Below are positions 25,555 to 36,158 of a stretch of DNA of 62,858 bases, piece by piece; the stretch's first letter is position 1; each line of letters begins with the position of its first letter. Origin of the DNA: a virus (Duplodnaviria; Caudoviricetes); IMG/VR virus record IMGVR_UViG_3300031974_002723, positions 1 to 62,858 of that record. One strand, 5' to 3'. The notes under the pieces are model-generated. The model made no database searches and was not told the origin of the DNA. It was given only the letters and a program-made list of their open reading frames with translations. Made by a program: the position numbers and the translations under genes.

Positions 25555-25964
25555 TGGCTACTATATATCTCCCCGTAGAGCCTCAGCTCGGAATGACATC
25601 TGCTGAACGCGCAAAGGCAATTAACGCTGAAGTATGGAGCTTACGCCGACCAGACTCTGTAAAGTCTCCTAATGACGTGACTCTCTACTATTACAGTACA
25701 GTCACACACCCGACTACAAGTCAAATGGCTATCATCGGTGATGATGAAGAACAGATTAAGGTTCACCCTTCCGTAGACTTAACTCAACTTATTGATTTAA
25801 TGCCTGAGGTACCGCAGGCCGAGAAGGATCAGCTTGTAGCGTACATAGAGGCAAACAAAGGCGGAACTGTTCCGTTTGCCGCACTCATCCCGTCTAGCTC
25901 TACTAAGCTCACTGAGGCTGAAGCTGACGCTGCTGGATGGTTTCCTGACCCTGACACTCCGTAA
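25554..25964 (+). CDS. Hypothetical protein (MATIYLP...)
   Basis: TAATG coupling with the upstream gene. Confidence 0.7.
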   Translation: MATIYLPVEPQLGMTSAERAKAINAEVWSLRRPDSVKSPNDVTLYYYSTVTHPTTSQMAIIGDDEEQIKVHPSVDLTQLIDLMPEVPQAEKDQLVAYIEANKGGTVPFAALIPSSSTKLTEAEADAAGWFPDPDTP

Positions 25965-25966
25965 TC

Positions 25967-26155
25967 ATGAGAGCGAAGAAATCAAAATCTAGAGTGAATG
26001 AGGCGGGCAACTACACAAAGCCTAGCCTTCGGAAGCGCATATTCAACAGGATAAAGGCTGGAAATAAAGGAGGGGATGCTGGTCAGTGGTCTGCCAGAAA
26101 AGCTCAGATGCTGGCTAGAGAATACAAAGCCGCTGGAGGTGGATACAAGAACTAA
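25967..26155 (+). CDS. Small basic protein (NYTKP..GQWSARKAQ..GGGY)
   Basis: 62 aa, MRAKK start; typically paired with the next gene. Confidence 0.8.
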   Translation: MRAKKSKSRVNEAGNYTKPSLRKRIFNRIKAGNKGGDAGQWSARKAQMLAREYKAAGGGYKN

Positions 26156-26394
26156 TGGGGCTCGCTAAATCACAAAGGAGTTTGAAGAAGTGGACCGCTC
26201 AGAAGTGGCGGACCTCCAGCGGAAAGAAGTCCGAAGGTAAGCGCAGGTATTTGCCTGATGCTGCATGGAACGCTCTTTCACCCGCCGAGAAAGCAGCCAC
26301 CAATAGAGCCAAGGCAGAAGGAGATAAGAAAGGGAAGCAGTTCGTCCGCCAACCCAAGAAGATAGCTAAGAAGGTGGCCAGATATCGTAAGTAA
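26155..26394 (+). CDS. Small basic protein (SLKKWTAQKWRT..RYLP)
   Basis: 79 aa, coupled to the upstream gene. Confidence 0.8.
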   Translation: MGLAKSQRSLKKWTAQKWRTSSGKKSEGKRRYLPDAAWNALSPAEKAATNRAKAEGDKKGKQFVRQPKKIAKKVARYRK

Positions 26395-26424
26395 TTCACA
26401 CTTATATTTGCTAAAATTTAATTC

Positions 26425-27498
26425 ATGGAAGATCAACAAGTTAACCCTGCCGAGGGTCAGGAGTCTAGCGGCTTCACCTTCGTAGACGAGTCCGAGGTTG
26501 CAGCTGCAATGGCAGCTCAGCAAGAGGAACCGCAGGTTGAACAAGTACAAGAGCCTGTTGCCCCTGCCCCGCAGGAAGAACAGACTCAAAACATCGAGAC
26601 TTCAACGGAAGATACTCAGACTGAATATACAAGCCAATACTCTCAAGAAGACGTAGAAGGTGCGGTCTTGGAATACCTGAGCGAAAGGCTGGGTACTGAG
26701 ATTCAATCTCTCGACGACTTCATGGGGGTTCAGCAACAAGAGAGCGTGCTTGACGAGCGCATTGCGGCTATAGCGCAATTCGTAGAAGACACTGGCAGGG
26801 CTCCTCAAGATTGGTTCATTTACCAGCAGCTCAACCCTTCCGAAATGGATGACATGACTGCTATCCAGGTGCAAATGGCATCTGACTACCCGAACCTGTC
26901 ACAAGAAGAGGTCGCCACGCTGATGTCCAGTAAGTACAAGCTCGATCCTAATCTGCACACAGAGGATGAGGTGAAACTCTCGCAGTTGCAACTGAAAATC
27001 GACGCTCAGAATGCGCGTCAGGCCATCGACAAACTGAGAGATCAGTATGCCGCGCCTGAGGTGCAGGAGAGGGTTGACGACAGTTCTCCTTTCGACGAAA
27101 GCTGGTACAGCTCAATGCGGACTGAAACGGAAGCCCTTGATGGGGTCGAATTTGACCTTGGGAACGGGAATACTTTCACGTTTGGATTGAACAGCCAGTA
27201 CCGCAATGAGTTGATGGAGAAGAACACTCGCCTTGACGAGTTCTTTGATCCTTACGTCCAACGGGATGGGAGCTGGGACTACGACAAGCTGAATGTTCAC
27301 AGAGCCGTGCTCGACAATATGGAACAGATAGTTCAATCTGTCTACCGCCAAGGTATGGCAGACGGTCAGAAAGGCATTGTGAACCAGGCAGCTAACGTAA
27401 GCGTCCAGACCCCGAATCAAGGTGGGCAACCTCAGGAAGATAGCCTTGCAGCTCAGCTTCGGCAGGCGCTGGGAGGGGACTCTACCTGGTCTTTTTAA
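26425..27498 (+). CDS. Putative capsid scaffolding protein
   Basis: Acidic helical 357 aa immediately before the major capsid gene; TATATTTG at 26403. Confidence 0.65.
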   Translation: MEDQQVNPAEGQESSGFTFVDESEVAAAMAAQQEEPQVEQVQEPVAPAPQEEQTQNIETSTEDTQTEYTSQYSQEDVEGAVLEYLSERLGTEIQSLDDFMGVQQQESVLDERIAAIAQFVEDTGRAPQDWFIYQQLNPSEMDDMTAIQVQMASDYPNLSQEEVATLMSSKYKLDPNLHTEDEVKLSQLQLKIDAQNARQAIDKLRDQYAAPEVQERVDDSSPFDESWYSSMRTETEALDGVEFDLGNGNTFTFGLNSQYRNELMEKNTRLDEFFDPYVQRDGSWDYDKLNVHRAVLDNMEQIVQSVYRQGMADGQKGIVNQAANVSVQTPNQGGQPQEDSLAAQLRQALGGDSTWSF

Positions 27499-27532
27499 AC
27501 AACAACAACAACACTCTTTATACTAAGAAATT

Positions 27533-28927
27533 ATGTCTGCAATTGCTGCAAGTAAAGCAGGTGGTGTGACTCTGAGCGGTCATGCTGCCTCTCTGAAAAC
27601 CGCTCCCGACAAGTACATCTCGTTGGGAGATCTCCTTGATCCGACCAAGCCCGACAACAGGGACCTTTTGGTGAACACCTACGGTGACCAGGGCATCACT
27701 GGATTCCTCCAGCTGACTGGCGCTGTCCGTAACGGTGGTACCGCCGATGAGGTTCAGTGGTGGGAAGAAGGTCGTCTCCACAAGACGGCTTCCATCACCC
27801 TCGCTGCTGGTTCGGCTACTGGTCAAGGAACACTGACCACTTCTGACACGCTCCGTGCTAACGACGTCCTCCTGACTCAAGCTGGCGACCGCCTGGTTGT
27901 GATCGACCCGACGTCCGCAAGCACTGACAACGTCAAGACCCTGGACGGAACCGCTGTGAACGCCATCACTGTCGCTGAAGACGTTGCCATCATCGGTAAC
28001 ATCTACGCTCAGGGTACGTCTCAGCCGAGCTCCTTCTACCAGACGGAGGTCAACAAGATGATCAACCCGTACTTCATCACCAAGGAAACCTACCACGTGA
28101 CTGGTTCCCAAGCCACGAACATTGGCTGGATCAACGTTGGTAACGGTGACTACAGGTGGTACGTGAAGGGCGAGATGGACACTCGTAAGCGTTTCATGAA
28201 CCAGCGTGAGATGATGATGCTGTTGGGTCAGAACCCCGTCAACCCGATCGGTGGTACTCTCGACTCCACTGCTGACCTCACCCTGACGGACGGCACGACG
28301 AACCTCGGCAGCATTGCTGGTTCTGAGGGCTACTTCCAAGCTGTTGAGCGCAGAGGTATCACGACGACGGGCACGTTTGGTGACGGTGCTGGATTCGCTG
28401 ACATTGACGAGATCATCTTCGAGCTCGACAAGCAAGGCGCTCCTGCTGAGTACGCCATGTACGTTGACACGGCTACGTCCCTCGCTATCGACGACATGCT
28501 TGCTGCTGGTATCGCTACCCAGACCACTGCTGGTCTGCCTGGTCAGTTCGGAGCCTTCCAGAACAGTGCCGACATGGCCGTTCAGCTTGGCTTCAAGAGC
28601 TTCTCCAGAGGTAGCTACACCTTCCACAAGCACGGTTGGAAGCTCCTGAGCGACCCGACCCTCCTCGGTGCGTTCACGAACAAGCCGTACAAAGGTGCTA
28701 TGGTTCCGATGACGCAGGTTGCTGACGCCAAGACTGGTGTTAAGTCCCCTGCTCTGGAGATGAACTACAAGGAAGTGAACGGCTACGGTCGTGAGCTTGA
28801 GCACTGGGTGGAAGGCGGTGGCGTCCTCGGATTCGCTACCAACGACCAGGACGTGGCTAAGTTCCACTACCGTTCTGAGGCCAACCTCGTGACCCGCGCT
28901 GCTAACCAGCACGTGGTGCTCACCTGA
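27533..28927 (+). CDS. Major capsid protein
   Basis: 464 aa, strongest codon bias, YGDQGITGFL and VQWWEEGRLH motifs, followed by a hairpin. Confidence 0.85.
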   Translation: MSAIAASKAGGVTLSGHAASLKTAPDKYISLGDLLDPTKPDNRDLLVNTYGDQGITGFLQLTGAVRNGGTADEVQWWEEGRLHKTASITLAAGSATGQGTLTTSDTLRANDVLLTQAGDRLVVIDPTSASTDNVKTLDGTAVNAITVAEDVAIIGNIYAQGTSQPSSFYQTEVNKMINPYFITKETYHVTGSQATNIGWINVGNGDYRWYVKGEMDTRKRFMNQREMMMLLGQNPVNPIGGTLDSTADLTLTDGTTNLGSIAGSEGYFQAVERRGITTTGTFGDGAGFADIDEIIFELDKQGAPAEYAMYVDTATSLAIDDMLAAGIATQTTAGLPGQFGAFQNSADMAVQLGFKSFSRGSYTFHKHGWKLLSDPTLLGAFTNKPYKGAMVPMTQVADAKTGVKSPALEMNYKEVNGYGRELEHWVEGGGVLGFATNDQDVAKFHYRSEANLVTRAANQHVVLT

Positions 28928-28940
28928 TAAATCTGAAGTG

Positions 28941-28967
28941 AGGGGAGGGGGTTTCGGCCCTCTCCCT
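28941..28967 (+). terminator. Hairpin after the major capsid gene
   Basis: AGGGGAGGG...CCCTCTCCCT; weak U-tract. Confidence 0.6.
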
Positions 28968-28989
28968 AATCTTCTCAATACAGAGAGAT

Positions 28990-29322
28990 ATGGCTGATAT
29001 GATTTTCCCCCTTTACTTCGACGCGGATCCAGTGGTGCTTACTGAGGCGCAGACTTCTTATGTCCCTACCACTAGCTCTGTTGAGCTGGATGCGTCGTTG
29101 GGTACGTTCGACGTCGCTCTTCAAGACGCCGAAAAAGTCGGTACCATGGTCTACTTCATGTGTACGACTGGTAATGCTCCGACGGTTACTTTTGCCACCT
29201 CAGCTGGTGGTGCAGACAGAGACAAGATCACTTTCACTAATGCCACTGCAGCAGCTTGTTTGTGGACTGAAAGCGGATGGAGAGCTGTAAGCGTTTATGG
29301 ACCTGAAACCATAGTTGCTTGA
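28990..29322 (+). CDS. Putative capsid decoration protein
   Basis: 110 aa, beta-rich, after the major capsid gene. Confidence 0.55.
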   Translation: MADMIFPLYFDADPVVLTEAQTSYVPTTSSVELDASLGTFDVALQDAEKVGTMVYFMCTTGNAPTVTFATSAGGADRDKITFTNATAAACLWTESGWRAVSVYGPETIVA

Positions 29323-29337
29323 TAATCACTGGTAATT

Positions 29338-29370
29338 GAGTGGGGGCTGCGGCCCCTACTCTCTTACTTT
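29338..29370 (+). terminator. Intrinsic terminator-like hairpin
   Basis: GAGTGGGGGC-TGCG-GCCCCTACTC then a T-rich tail. Confidence 0.65.
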
Positions 29371-29390
29371 CACTTTTAAATTTTAATTCA

Positions 29391-30203
29391 ATGACTACTA
29401 CAACTAAGCGGGGCCCAGGCCGTCCCCCGACTAAAAAGGCCGAAACGAAGACTGCAGCACCTACGAGAAAGGTGTCAGTTAAAAGAGATGTGGCTACCGA
29501 CACCATCAAGGAGTTTAAGACCTTGAAGCCCAGTGGAGCCACGTTCATGATGCAACAGAAGGGCATCACCGTATATGACAAAGAACTGAATCAGATCAGG
29601 GAGATTAGATACTGTCCTAATGAGCCTAGCATCTGGAGGGACGAGCAGTCCGACAACGCAAGGCGAGAAAGCATTGTGTTTATCGACGGAAGGAAGTTCG
29701 TGCGTCCCGATCAACCAAATTTGCTTGCTTTCATGGAAGCTCACCCAGGCAACTCCGCTAACGGAGGTAAGCTGTTTGAGGTGGTGAACAAAGAGAAGAA
29801 GGCTGAGGTTGAGGTGGAGAAGGAGTTCCTTGTGGCTGACGCAATCATGCTGATTCGCAACAAGGACCTTGATGATCTGCTCAGCGTTGCCGTGGCTTTG
29901 GCCATTGACGTAGACAGGCCTGTTAACGAGATTAAGCACGACCTCTTGGTTTTCGCTAAGAAGAGTCCTCAGAGGTTCATTGAGTCCTTCGACAACCCTG
30001 TCGTTGAGATGAAGACGAAGATCAAGATGGCAGAGAAGTATCAAGTCATTAAGCTTGCTGCTGACGGTGTGAAGTGGTTTGACACGAACAAGCTCATCGT
30101 CTCTGTCCCAGCTGGAAAGGATCCGCTGGATGTTTTTGTTAGGTATTGTATGACTGAAGCCGCTGTCCCCATCGTTGAGGAGATGGAGAAACAGATTCAG
30201 TAA
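29391..30203 (+). CDS. Conserved hypothetical protein (REIRYCPNEPSIW.DEQ)
   Basis: ATG at 29391 after the terminator; lies between capsid and tail genes. Confidence 0.75.
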   Translation: MTTTTKRGPGRPPTKKAETKTAAPTRKVSVKRDVATDTIKEFKTLKPSGATFMMQQKGITVYDKELNQIREIRYCPNEPSIWRDEQSDNARRESIVFIDGRKFVRPDQPNLLAFMEAHPGNSANGGKLFEVVNKEKKAEVEVEKEFLVADAIMLIRNKDLDDLLSVAVALAIDVDRPVNEIKHDLLVFAKKSPQRFIESFDNPVVEMKTKIKMAEKYQVIKLAADGVKWFDTNKLIVSVPAGKDPLDVFVRYCMTEAAVPIVEEMEKQIQ

Positions 30204-30223
30204 GAACGACTAGAACCTTACGG

Positions 30224-30253
30224 AAAGGCCGCCTTCGGGCGGCTTTTTCTTTT
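30224..30253 (+). terminator. Intrinsic terminator
   Basis: GCCGCC-TTCG-GGCGGC-TTTTTCTTTT. Confidence 0.88.
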
Positions 30254-30267
30254 CGTATATTTGTCTC

Positions 30268-31014
30268 ATGGCAGCAAGTGTAGCCGCAGCATACAGGACC
30301 CTGAAGGATCTGGCCAATAAGGATCAAAACGGATTTGTTACACCCACAGTGTTCAACAACTTCGCTCAGATCGCTCAGCTCAGAATTTTCAATCGTCTGT
30401 TCGATGAACTCAAGGATGCCAAGAGGCTGTCTCGCGCTCAGTTCAACCCTGGCAGAGACAAATCTAGGTTCAAGAGAATCGAAGAAGACTTGAGTTACTT
30501 TGCTAAGACGGCAATAATCAACAAGGCGAATGGCGTCTTTGACAAGACTACTGCGGCTGACGATGTCGCACGTATCATAAGCCTTACAACGAACGGAAGC
30601 GTCATTCTCGGTCAGTCTACTAGGACGGCCATTGACATGTGCTACGACGAGGATAAGATCGAAAGAATCTTGATCAGCGACCTGAGCAAGCCTACGGAGA
30701 ATGCTCCTGTAGCTCTGGTCAGCGAGAATATTGAGGTCTTTCCTGACAGCATAAACTCCATCCGAATGAGGTACTACAAGTATCCTCAGGGTGTGACCAG
30801 CGCTGGAGCCAGGACTGCAACTCCCCCTACCGTGGTGGTGGATGCTAACGATACGCCGCTGGCTACTTCTACGGACTTTGAGCTTCCCGACCACTACCTC
30901 AATGATATCGTGATGGAGATGGCTCAGCTCATCGGAATCAACCTCAGGGACCAGTTCGCTGCCGCAGCTGCTCAAGGAGAACAGACTGAGCGCAAACAAG
31001 AAAGTACATTCTGA
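30268..31014 (+). CDS. Tail ring / tubular protein
   Basis: LANKDQNGFVTP..FN..AQ and DFELP patterns of Bacteroidota podophage ring proteins. Confidence 0.65.
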   Translation: MAASVAAAYRTLKDLANKDQNGFVTPTVFNNFAQIAQLRIFNRLFDELKDAKRLSRAQFNPGRDKSRFKRIEEDLSYFAKTAIINKANGVFDKTTAADDVARIISLTTNGSVILGQSTRTAIDMCYDEDKIERILISDLSKPTENAPVALVSENIEVFPDSINSIRMRYYKYPQGVTSAGARTATPPTVVVDANDTPLATSTDFELPDHYLNDIVMEMAQLIGINLRDQFAAAAAQGEQTERKQESTF

Positions 31015-31832
31015 TGGCTAGGAACTACGTAACACTCGAACAGGTCGTAAATGACTTCATACTCACCCTAGACACGGATGACTATGCAAGCAGCGCTTCT
31101 GATTTCGCGATCAGAAGTTTTGCTCTTAGGGGGGTTCGTGAGATGGGGTTTGATCTTCTCAAGGTCATCAGGTCTTTGAAGCTGTCCGTTGACGCTAACA
31201 ATACTTCCACTCTCCCTGACGATTATGTGGATTGGTCTAAGATCGGTCTTGTGGGTAGTGATGGGTTGGTCTACGTACTTGGCGAGAACAAGAACATCAA
31301 TTATTCTCAGAAGTACTCTACTTCCAATGGGAATACTTACGATACGGACGGTGATGGACTTCTGGATAGGGAGGACGACAAGACGGCTACTTCTGGTGCT
31401 GGCAATGTCAACGATCTCGGAGACGGCATGGAGTCCTATATCTTCAGGAACTACATCTACGAAAACGATCACGGTCGTCTCTACGGAATTGGTGGGGGTC
31501 AATATCACGGCGAGTTCAGGGTAAACCTGGATCAGAACAGAATCGAACTCAAGACCAATACAAACGTGTCTGAGATCGTTATTGAATACGTGGCAGACGA
31601 AGGAAGGGCAACCAACCCTCAGGTTCACGTTTATGCAGAGGAAGCCTTGAGGGCTTATATCTACTACAAGATCATTGAGCGGAAGTCTTCTGTTCCCGCA
31701 AGCGAGAAGGCCAGGGCCAGACAGGAGTACTACAACGAGCGCAGGAAAGCCAATGCTCGCATGAAGTCCTTTACGAAGGAGGAGGCCCTCAAGACGATTC
31801 GTAAGAACTACAAGCAAGCACCTAAGGGCTAA
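31014..31832 (+). CDS. Tail ring / adaptor protein
   Basis: LPDDYVDW..IEYVAD..VHVYAEEALRAYI. Confidence 0.65.
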   Translation: MARNYVTLEQVVNDFILTLDTDDYASSASDFAIRSFALRGVREMGFDLLKVIRSLKLSVDANNTSTLPDDYVDWSKIGLVGSDGLVYVLGENKNINYSQKYSTSNGNTYDTDGDGLLDREDDKTATSGAGNVNDLGDGMESYIFRNYIYENDHGRLYGIGGGQYHGEFRVNLDQNRIELKTNTNVSEIVIEYVADEGRATNPQVHVYAEEALRAYIYYKIIERKSSVPASEKARARQEYYNERRKANARMKSFTKEEALKTIRKNYKQAPKG

Positions 31833-34800
31833 TGATCGATAAGACTTTCCCGAACAGACTACAGACTGATACCGATCAGAAGTATGTGCGCCCAGAGGTG
31901 GGGGAGATGGTGGACGCTCAAAACGTCACTATCTCTGAAGGGGGTACGAACTCTGGTGGAGTCATTAAGAACGTTAGGGGTACGACAGCAGCCACTGCAA
32001 CGGCAGAGAATAGGATTGTAGACGGAGACGCCTTTACAGTTATCGGTAGCGTCTCAGATCCTCAGCGTGGATACATATACTGGTTTGTTTCCGACGATAG
32101 CGGGAACACAGAGGACGCCATTTACAGGCAGGATGTAAGCGACAACACTTACGAGATTGTCATTAAGAGCACTGCTCTGAACTTCAGGTCTACTGATTTC
32201 GTCAAGGCTGACGTTGTAAATGCAGCGTTCCAGCAGGACGATGTTGTGCAAACAGCACTGTTCTTTACGGACAACTACAACCCACCTAGAAAAATCAACG
32301 TCGATAGAGCCATCAATGGTGACTACGACGGCATTACACTGAACAGTCAGGTTCACAACCTTGGTGACGCCATCTCCACGGTCAAAGCGGCTGAAACCAG
32401 GAACCCGACCTTCTACTTCTCTACAGACGAAGACATCCAGGGGAATAAGTTCGTCAATGCTGCATATCAGTTTGCTACGCAATATGTGTATCGGGATGGC
32501 GAGGTTTCTGCTATCTCTCCATACTCCCCATTGGCCGTCTCCGCTGCAGCGGCACTAAGGAATCAAGAGGGCGATGACTCTGCGTCTCTCGCCCCGTACA
32601 CTCAAAATGTATGTGAGGTAACCCTGAATGTAAACCCTGTTTTGCCAGATATGGCTGAGGTTAGGCTTTTGGCTAGAGAGGGGAATAATGGGGCTTTCTT
32701 TATCGTTGATCAGTTTGATCCGTCTCAGGACATTTCAAGAAACGTCTACGGCACGAACAAAGACGTCTTCAATGCCGCTACGCAGATATATAGGTTCTAT
32801 AATGACAGGAACGGAGCCCTGATATCTCAGGTTGAGGTCAACAAGCTGTACGATAACGTTCCTTTCCTTGCTGCTGGACAAACAGTGGCAAGCAGCAGGC
32901 TTATGTACTCCAACTACACGGAGGGTAGAGCCAACATAGACATTTCAAACCCAGCTACGTTTACTGTAAACTACTCTGAAGCGTCTGTAGCTGGAAGGGA
33001 AGTGATGAATACTGCTGATCACTCTGCGGACACGCTGACTCAGCAGGCACTTACAGATATAGACGTACTCATAGACCTTCTTGCTGCAAGCGGTCCTATG
33101 GACGGGCTCTTGACTTCGGGGACTGCAGTTTCTACGACCCCAGTCCCGATCGGCACTCTACTCAACATCGGGTTTGATTTCGCTCCTACGCTGACCTTGT
33201 CTAGGTCTACGGCTACCGACCTGTGCTCTGTAGATGTGACTCAAATCGACGACTCTACTGGAGTTCAAACCAATGGGACCCTGAACTTCGATGAGCTTGT
33301 GCTTGACACAATTGCTGCTGAATCGACTAGCCATTCGGTTCTCATCAACATTACTACTGGAACCGCCACTACTGTATCTGGTTTGGCTTCGCTGATAATA
33401 GATGAGCTCGAAGAAATCCAGGACGTACCCGTTGTTTACGACCTTTCTTCTACTCAGGCAAGTAGCGTAGTCGGGGGTGTTTCGTCACTTTCGACCATTT
33501 CTGGAAACGTCACTGTATACTACAATTTCGAGGAGTTCGACCAGACCGAGGGGAACTCGACGGTGTCTATAAAACCAGTTGTTAGTAGAATAGACTTTAG
33601 TGAGTGTTTCTATGATACTGGAGGGGACTCCACGATGTTTGGTAGCACCGAGGATGAAGTCAACGTACTTATTGGGACCCCCACTCAGGCTCAGTTTTCG
33701 TTCACCAGCGTGGGTGCCACCTACCTGACTGAAAAGAGGACAGAGATGTCCATAGTGAACGTCAATGGATCGTTCAAGGCTGGATGCTCTCACTCCTTCG
33801 GGATTGTATTCTACGACAGATTCAATAGGTCTGGTAACGTCCAGGAGCTTGGTAGCGTATATGTAGACGCGCTCCCAGAGAGGTCGAGTGGATATGGACC
33901 AGCGTCTATAACCATTGACTTTGCTAACGCCTTTGCCAGTGCTGTACCAGACTGGGCTGTTAGGTACCAGATCGTGTACCCTGGAAGGTCTTCTATCGGG
34001 GATTTCACACAGTACACAGTGGGGGGTGGATACAGGGCCCTCAAAAAAGACACTGACGGAGACTACACTGGAACGGCTGCAGATAGCAATTCGAAAAGGA
34101 TATACGTATCCTTAAAGAATCTTGACCTCTACCAAGAGGAGAAAGGCGCGACCAGGGAATACTCTTTCACTGAGGGCGATAAGCTCAGGGTCATAAAGGG
34201 AAGAGACGCAACAGACTCAGCAGACGAGTACTACACTGCAAGCGATTCAACAATCATTGAATTTGATGTCGTTGGCGTAGAAATTCTGAGTGGTACGATC
34301 GGCGACAACCCAATAGAAGCTACAGCAATAGGGTCTGAACACAAAGGAACCTTTATTGTCTTGGAGTGCCCCGCAATCAATTCTGGGGCCAACGGGACGG
34401 ACGGGAATCCGCTGACATACACTGGCTTCGATTGGGACGATATGGCCACCAACAACTACTGGGATAGAAACATAGTTGTTGAAATCTACTCTCCGAAGTC
34501 AGAACAAGAGAATAAGGTCTATTATGAGATTGGTCATGGCGGTAGAGTTGGAGCCAGAAAAGACCCTCTTGTAAACGAGCTTGGAGACGAGATAACCGTT
34601 ACAAACGGCGATATTTTTGTCAGGCCAATATCTTGTAAATCAGTTCATTACTCGGCTGGATGGAAATCTGACGTGCCTGAAGACTGGCCTTACGAAACGC
34701 TACCTCTTGAGAGCTCTTCTTGGACTGATGCAAAGTCTGTAACCGACTGGCACAGAGGCAGGGCTCACGTCATCTTTGAGGAGGCCGCAGAAGTGAGGAG

Positions 34801-36145
34801 ACGCAACGGAATCACATACAGCGACGCATACGCTGAGGACGTCGAGGTATTTTCACTATCATCATTCAACGCTAGTCTCGGAAACTTCTTTAGCCTTGAT
34901 GCTGCCAATGGAGCATGCAACTACATCGGCGGCATGAGAGACGGATATCTGGCGGCCCTGCAAGAGAACAGTGTGGCCAGGGTCCCTCTCGGAAAGGACA
35001 TTATCACATCTCCAAACCAGAGCGGGATTGTGTCATTGAGCACAAGAGTACTTGGTGAGCCATTCTACTATATTGGTGACTTCGGATGTGGCGACAATCC
35101 TGAGTCTGTTCTTATCCGCGATGGAGGGTTGTTCTTTGTCGATACGTCTAGAAAAAAGGTCGTTAGGCTTACAGGTGAGGGGTTGTCTCCGATTTCTGAG
35201 AACGGTATAGACTCGCTCTTCAAAGACCAGTACGATCTGTTTAACGCTCAGGGCGGAACTAGGATCGTTAGCGGGTATGACCCAGAGGATAATCAGTACT
35301 ATGTGACCCTTCGGGCAGTAGGCACGTATGGCGGTATTACTCTCGGATACAGCGTTGGAAACAACACTTGGCAGAGCAGGTATACGTTCTATCCAGACAT
35401 GTATGCCGACCAGAATAGCACGATGTACAGCGCTTTCTACGTGGATCCAGTTGGAGACGACAACGCCATCATCTTCCACTCCCACGACAACGAAACAGAC
35501 TACAACACGTTCTATGGGACTGCAGCGACGTCTATCGTCAAGGTCGTAAGCAATTACAATCCTAGTATGGTCAAGGTGTTCAATGCAGTATCTCTTGAAA
35601 CAGACAGCGATACGTGGGGCGTTACGAGGATTGAGTCCAGCGAAGGGGCATACTCTGCGAGCACGAACCTCACTGAGATCGAGGGGTCTTTGTATGGGAA
35701 TATCGCGATGGACGAGTCGGGTGATTCTACGAGACACATCATACCGATTGGTGCAGTAGCTACTGGGTATACCCCGAATATTGCAACCGTTCCGTTTGAC
35801 AATAGGGTCAATGTACTTTCTCTTCCTGTGGGGGCTACTGTTATGGAGGTCGAGCTTGACGGAACGCTGGTCAATATCGGGACTCCCATCGGTGGCAACC
35901 CAACCGTAAGGACTCTTGGCAGCGTAAGTGGGATCAGGGAGATCACGCTCAATGCCGCTACTTCTGTCGACCTTGATGGAAAGAACCTGGTTCTTGTTAC
36001 AGACCAGTCTCAAAACGGAGACCCAATACGTGGCCATTGGGCCGAAATAACACTAACAAATGCTCAGACTACTCAGTTCGAGTTGTTCTGCGTAAACACT
36101 CACTTTGTGGATTCCAAGCAAAACCACGCATTAGGACAGCAATAA
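31832..36145 (+). CDS. Tail stabilisation / muzzle protein
   Basis: 1437 aa; DAQNV, LFFTDNYNPPRKIN, GYDPE, W.SRY.FYP beta-propeller motifs. Confidence 0.75.
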   Translation: MIDKTFPNRLQTDTDQKYVRPEVGEMVDAQNVTISEGGTNSGGVIKNVRGTTAATATAENRIVDGDAFTVIGSVSDPQRGYIYWFVSDDSGNTEDAIYRQDVSDNTYEIVIKSTALNFRSTDFVKADVVNAAFQQDDVVQTALFFTDNYNPPRKINVDRAINGDYDGITLNSQVHNLGDAISTVKAAETRNPTFYFSTDEDIQGNKFVNAAYQFATQYVYRDGEVSAISPYSPLAVSAAAALRNQEGDDSASLAPYTQNVCEVTLNVNPVLPDMAEVRLLAREGNNGAFFIVDQFDPSQDISRNVYGTNKDVFNAATQIYRFYNDRNGALISQVEVNKLYDNVPFLAAGQTVASSRLMYSNYTEGRANIDISNPATFTVNYSEASVAGREVMNTADHSADTLTQQALTDIDVLIDLLAASGPMDGLLTSGTAVSTTPVPIGTLLNIGFDFAPTLTLSRSTATDLCSVDVTQIDDSTGVQTNGTLNFDELVLDTIAAESTSHSVLINITTGTATTVSGLASLIIDELEEIQDVPVVYDLSSTQASSVVGGVSSLSTISGNVTVYYNFEEFDQTEGNSTVSIKPVVSRIDFSECFYDTGGDSTMFGSTEDEVNVLIGTPTQAQFSFTSVGATYLTEKRTEMSIVNVNGSFKAGCSHSFGIVFYDRFNRSGNVQELGSVYVDALPERSSGYGPASITIDFANAFASAVPDWAVRYQIVYPGRSSIGDFTQYTVGGGYRALKKDTDGDYTGTAADSNSKRIYVSLKNLDLYQEEKGATREYSFTEGDKLRVIKGRDATDSADEYYTASDSTIIEFDVVGVEILSGTIGDNPIEATAIGSEHKGTFIVLECPAINSGANGTDGNPLTYTGFDWDDMATNNYWDRNIVVEIYSPKSEQENKVYYEIGHGGRVGARKDPLVNELGDEITVTNGDIFVRPISCKSVHYSAGWKSDVPEDWPYETLPLESSSWTDAKSVTDWHRGRAHVIFEEAAEVRRRNGITYSDAYAEDVEVFSLSSFNASLGNFFSLDAANGACNYIGGMRDGYLAALQENSVARVPLGKDIITSPNQSGIVSLSTRVLGEPFYYIGDFGCGDNPESVLIRDGGLFFVDTSRKKVVRLTGEGLSPISENGIDSLFKDQYDLFNAQGGTRIVSGYDPEDNQYYVTLRAVGTYGGITLGYSVGNNTWQSRYTFYPDMYADQNSTMYSAFYVDPVGDDNAIIFHSHDNETDYNTFYGTAATSIVKVVSNYNPSMVKVFNAVSLETDSDTWGVTRIESSEGAYSASTNLTEIEGSLYGNIAMDESGDSTRHIIPIGAVATGYTPNIATVPFDNRVNVLSLPVGATVMEVELDGTLVNIGTPIGGNPTVRTLGSVSGIREITLNAATSVDLDGKNLVLVTDQSQNGDPIRGHWAEITLTNAQTTQFELFCVNTHFVDSKQNHALGQQ

Positions 36146-36158
36146 CTATATTTGTATC

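Noticed and set aside
27518-28978. 486-aa antisense ORF over the major capsid gene
   Set aside because: Mirrors the strongly biased capsid gene; no promoter or recognisable domain.
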